Source: Tubiluchus corallicola (taxonomy: Eukaryota; Animalia; Priapulida). Taken from it: 64,000 nucleotides of DNA. A program made the translations under genes and the position numbers. Shown here one piece after another: positions 59,353 through 64,000 of this stretch (position 1 is its first letter; each line of letters begins with the position of its first letter). Location: the NCBI GenBank assembly GCA_030141605.1, contig JAQGDQ010000340.1, positions 124,001 through 188,000 on the forward strand. The letters are read 5' to 3'. The notes beneath the pieces were generated by a model. It had not been told where the DNA came from, made no database searches, and worked only from the letters and a program-made list of their open reading frames with translations.

Positions 59353-59875
59353 TAAGTCGAACATTGGAGCAAGATATTATCAAGCACTGCAACATTGCTG
59401 GAAGCACTTTAACATTGTAACACTGCAAATGTGCTAAAGGTTGCCGTAATGAAGATATAGGACTATCATTCCACATATTCAGCGTAATCTAGATAACTCT
59501 GTCAGCCGTTTAAACACTCCCTGATACTAAATACACAAAGCAGACGGTTCTCAATAAAAAGTGCATTTCCTGAAAGCCGCGTTCATTTATCAAATCTTGT
59601 GCTGTTACCAAATACCAATGCTTGCTGTAGGCTAAAAATACACAGGCCAACGGGGAAACCGAAAGTTACAGACAGACTGCGTAGTACACTGTATCATACA
59701 TTTTAAACACAATGATTTATGCAAGTCACGTGACTAAAAGTGATGCAATCTGTGGCCTGGTAAGGCAGCATTCAGTGAAGTTCAACTCTCAAAAGTTGAT
59801 GAAGTTTCATCCTGACAACGTATTAAAATTGTGAAATTCAAATTCTGCTGTATAACACAGTTAAGGTCACTTATC

Positions 59876-61429
59876 ATGCCTTTGTTCCACACAGTAGACA
59901 GGTAAGTACAAGTAGTTTTTTAAATCTAAAAGTTACAATGCCGTTTTTAGACCTATAAATGGTGCGGATCAGTGGCTCTTTATTTCACTGTAACAGTTTA
60001 TAATGACTGATGAGTTGGGGTATTGTTGTAATCATTCATTCATTCTTTCGCTCAGCCTTTCTTTCTTTCCCTCTTCCTTTACTTTTTTCTTTCCTTCTTT
60101 CTTTCTTAAATTTCATTCATTCATTTGCTTTGTTTACTTAATTCCACCCCATTTCTATGTATTCTGTGGGTTTTTTATCGTTCAGTACTATTACCTACAA
60201 ATTTATCATCTAAAATACCACCTGCTTACAAAATGGAATTCCAATTAAAACACGCCCCAAAACTATTCATATTTTGAAAAGAGTCCGAAGACCGAACAAC
60301 AACAAAAACCGAGTCTTTTCGGGCTGTGACTTTCCATATACACAGATTATACCAGGGAGTTTTAAAGCAAAAGAAAACACTTTTCATAAACAAAGCTTAA
60401 AAATTCGTTTTAGAATTTCATGTCACTTACATGCTGTCTTACTACGCACAGAGCTTATAAAACTTGTAAATTTAAACTTCCACAATGACTTTTTGGCACA
60501 GCCATTTTGACAATAAGTCGTTTGAAACGAGTTTAGATAAAATTTGGAATAATAAGCAGAGCATTCGTAGTCCACTGTTCACTGACTAAGCAAAAGTATA
60601 ACGTACTTTACTTGTCACTAAAATCAATAATGGGTTTTTGGTGAGTCAGTGGTGCATACTGGGATTGTGATGCAGTACCATTCTACCAGGTGGCACGAAA
60701 TAGTTACATAACTAGTTACTACCTTTCTAGTTACATAAGTCTTTCAAACAAGTAAGAACAACGCTTTAATATAACTTTGTAAGGAAAGTTTTCTTGGAAC
60801 ATACATGCATTTTAGAATTCCCCTTTCTTCCCCTTTGACATTCGGTCATACATCCGTATTGAAAACAACTAAGTCATTTAATTTCCAGGAATGACCTAAA
60901 GCCTGGTGATCACATATACGTATGGAGGAGTGTAAACTATGCTCACCATGGAATATACATCGGTAACGATGAAGTTATTCACTTTACTGGACCCTGCAAA
61001 GAAAGCAAAAGAGAAGCACGCATTTATCGCGATTCTTTGGACGAATTCCTACAGGGTGGAACATTGAAAAAGTACGAATACGACAGTTCAATTCTTGCGG
61101 TGGGCGTAAAACTTTCAGGCACCTGTTGCGTACTCAAGAGAGATGACCCAGGAGACATTGTCAAAAGAGCTGAAGAGTTTTACGAAAAGCAAGATTATAC
61201 AGAAAAATATGGCGAATACAATCTTGTAAACAACAACTGTGAGATGTTTGCACTGACGTGCTGCCTGGGTGAAAAAATGAATGGTGACAATCATTGGGGC
61301 AGACGAGATCAGGCAGGACCACAGCAAACACTGACACCTGTCGTGGAGACGGCTGCATACCCTGTCTTTGCAGGGATACGCACGGTCCTTGCAGTAGACA
61401 GTTATTTGAAGGCTTGGTGGAATAATTAA
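59876..61429 (+). CDS. NC-domain / LRAT-family (NlpC/P60 superfamily) acyltransferase-like protein, 188 aa
   Basis: Exon 59876-59901 (MPLFHTVDR, AG|gtaagt) joins exon 60889-61429 in phase 2. Motifs LKPGDHIYVWR, YAHHGIYIG, VIHFT and YNLVNNNCEMFA give the His/His/NC-Cys catalytic set. A probable 5'UTR intron lies at about 59760-59860. Confidence 0.9.
60362..60838. mobile_element. K1 Kolobok-like MITE in the LRAT-gene intron
   Basis: Runs ttaaagcaaaagaaaacac ... ttcccctttg and is homologous to the other K1 copies. Confidence 0.65.
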
Positions 61430-61779
61430 TAGATTTGTACAAAGTGTTGTGAATCAAATTTAAAATAAGAAATTAATTGGAATAATTAAATGATCAGATT
61501 TCGGAGATAAATATACTCCTCCTTGGTTTGATAACAAAAACCATACAATTTGATTATAACTGACTCACCCAGCTTGTACCTTGAATTTAATGAGTTCAGG
61601 TGTCATGGGTTAGTGAAGGAGAAAGTGGAAGATTAAAAGACACACCGACTAGTTAAAGAGTTAAGGTGCCAATTAGCGCACATAAAAATGCGTCCTGCGC
61701 TAGCCATTTGTCGATGAACAAGTCAGGAAGTTACTTTGTTAGGGTCAGTACAAGTCATTTACTGATTGTTAAATTATCC

Positions 61780-62280
61780 TATGAACCATATGAACTATAT
61801 GAATTATGTGAACTATATGAACTACATGAACCATGTACACTACATGAACCATATGAACTATATGAACCATATAAACTACAAGAACCATATGAACTATATG
61901 AAGTATATGAAGCATATGAACTATATGAAGCATATGAACTGTATGAAATATATGAACCATATGAACTATATGAACCATATGAACTATATGAACTATTTGA
62001 ACCATATGAACTACAAGAACTATATGAACTACATGAACCATATGAACTATATGAAGTATATGAGCAGATGAACCACATGAACTATATGAACCATATGAAC
62101 TATATGAACCATATGAACTACAAAAACCATATGAACGACATGAACCATATGAACTATATGAACCATATGAACTATATAAACTATTTGAACCATATGAACT
62201 ATATGCTCAGATATGTGAAAACGTTTTTCGATTGTTTTTCCTGCAGAAGTAACCTACATGAACCTGCAAACTATATGAGA
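61780..62280. repeat. 9-bp minisatellite (atatgaacy)n
   Basis: Seen directly. Confidence 0.92.
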
Positions 62281-64000
62281 ATTTTTAACGAAATTTATTA
62301 AAACTGCGTGTGCATTTGTATAATCATATTCGCTTTACATGTTTCTTTATTCACGCATAAATTGTAATTATTTGACAGAAGTGTGACGCTCAGGCTTATT
62401 TTAGGCCAGTTATGTAATTAGTTCCTACTGTTATAATTCTACCATTAATTATTGTCAATTTTTATAAAAGAAGTTTAGTTAAACTGTTTAATGATATAAC
62501 ACTAGAAGCCAACTTGTTCTGAAATCAGATTTCACCTGTACATTCAATGATACTGTTTATGCATTACTACTATATCATGTGACTGAAGCCACGTAGACGA
62601 AATTTTGGCTTCAGTTCGCCCAGGTATTCCGCTTCAAGTTGTCGAGTTAAGCGGACGTTCTCATGTCATAAAATGATGGTTTAGTAGTAACGGTGCTTGC
62701 TTGTAGAAAAGCGATCTGTCTACATGGTTACGACAGAGACGATAGTTGCATTCTAGCGATGATACTTACCTGTTGCCGATTACATTTTCCTGACGCTGAT
62801 GATACAACACTTATTAAAGATTGTAACTTACCACTTGTTGATGATGTCTACTGCTACTGATACTTACCCGCATTTACCTGACGTTGATGATACTGTCCTT
62901 GGTGCTTCCTAGCTGTGATTACGAAATTGGTAATCCTTACCTTGCGACGAGTGCAGGAGCTTGGATGCTACCCTATTTTGGCGTCATATAAGTGGAGGCG
63001 TAATTGTTATTCGAGAAAATGTTATTTGAGATATTCACTAAATTTTTATATTATTTTATTAATTCAGTGGTTTCCTTCCAGTGGTTTCCTTCCAGTGTTT
63101 TCGACTAAGTGTTTTATTCTTTACCTAAGGGTTACACTTAAGTCACGAACCACCTATTTGCAATAACGAAACTTAGACTACATCGTCACAGTAATGTGAA
63201 AAGGCCTAACTACATTGCTACATAGATGTACATAATGATATAATAAAGCCGTATGATAACCAGACTAAAGAAAAAATTTAATTAGTAGATGAGTTACATT
63301 TTTAACGTTTAATTTGCGCCGACTTCCTACAGCAAAGGTTCTTGAAGGAAGGCACAATGATTTTTCAAATACTGCCACAATTTCAAATCCGATAAAAAGT
63401 ATACATTTTAATACAATTGATACTGCAAAAGCGTTTCTGATAATTAAACAATAGATTAAAAACTTACTTAACGGCAGACGGGCCCCAACTATTGATGACA
63501 TCACAAACTAACATAATTTTCAACAGCAAAAATATTCCACGAGCGTGTTGCACGCGTTTGTGAAAGCAAAACTTGAAGTACAGTGCTAGTGTAAGATATT
63601 CAATGTGTTGTACTAAAACTAGGCAAGTTTTGAGATAAAAATTCAAATTTATCGCTGTGCTCATGCATGAGCTTAATTATTATGCACATCAATAGAGATA
63701 AATGACCATTACTGCACTCTAAAACGAAAAATTACAAGAGAACGAATTAAAACCAGAAAACTTGCTCTTAATTAGCAAGCAAGATAAATGCGGTTAAATT
63801 TACTAACTTTGATTTCCCGTATTTCTTGTTCCTCTAACTATTACCTGTAATTACGCTAGTTTAAGATCAAGTAAATCTTAACATCGCACCACTGCGTAAC
63901 GCCAAGCCGGTCAGCACGTATCAGAGCCTAATCATTGCCCTAATGTCACGCTAAATTGTTTAAGTTTGTGTCAAGAAACTTGTTAATTAAACTCTAATTA

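Noticed and set aside
61666-62301. (YEL/YEP)n 211-aa ORF
   Set aside because: It is a 9-bp satellite with a non-ATG start, is open in several frames and has no splice support.

Overview
AT-rich, intron-rich animal genomic DNA, probably an invertebrate (taxon inferred). I assembled five spliced protein-coding genes by hand from splice sites with consistent phases. (1) A 14-exon, 584-aa TTLL4-like ATP-grasp ligase (minus, 1091-16412). Its first exon looks like a signal peptide and several glutamate-specificity motifs are altered, which makes it the most interesting item. (2) A 123-aa orphan Cys-rich protein with a signal peptide and GPI-like tail (minus, 18870-19241). (3) A DUF229 alkaline-phosphatase-superfamily type II membrane protein (minus, 26481-29580). 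Its last codons, stop and a tRNA-type B-box are amplified about 22 times as a 64-bp array. (4) A 10-exon SLC7 L-type amino acid transporter light chain (plus, 37695-55962) with Gln at the conserved TM5 Lys position. (5) A 2-exon NC/LRAT-domain protein resembling the plant PSE1 type (plus, 59876-61429). The remainder is minisatellites, microsatellites, hAT/piggyBac/Kolobok-like MITEs, LINE 3' fragments and Penelope-like fragments with degenerate hammerhead motifs. Most ORFs in the supplied track are repeat artefacts. No database searches were run; family calls rest on remembered motifs.
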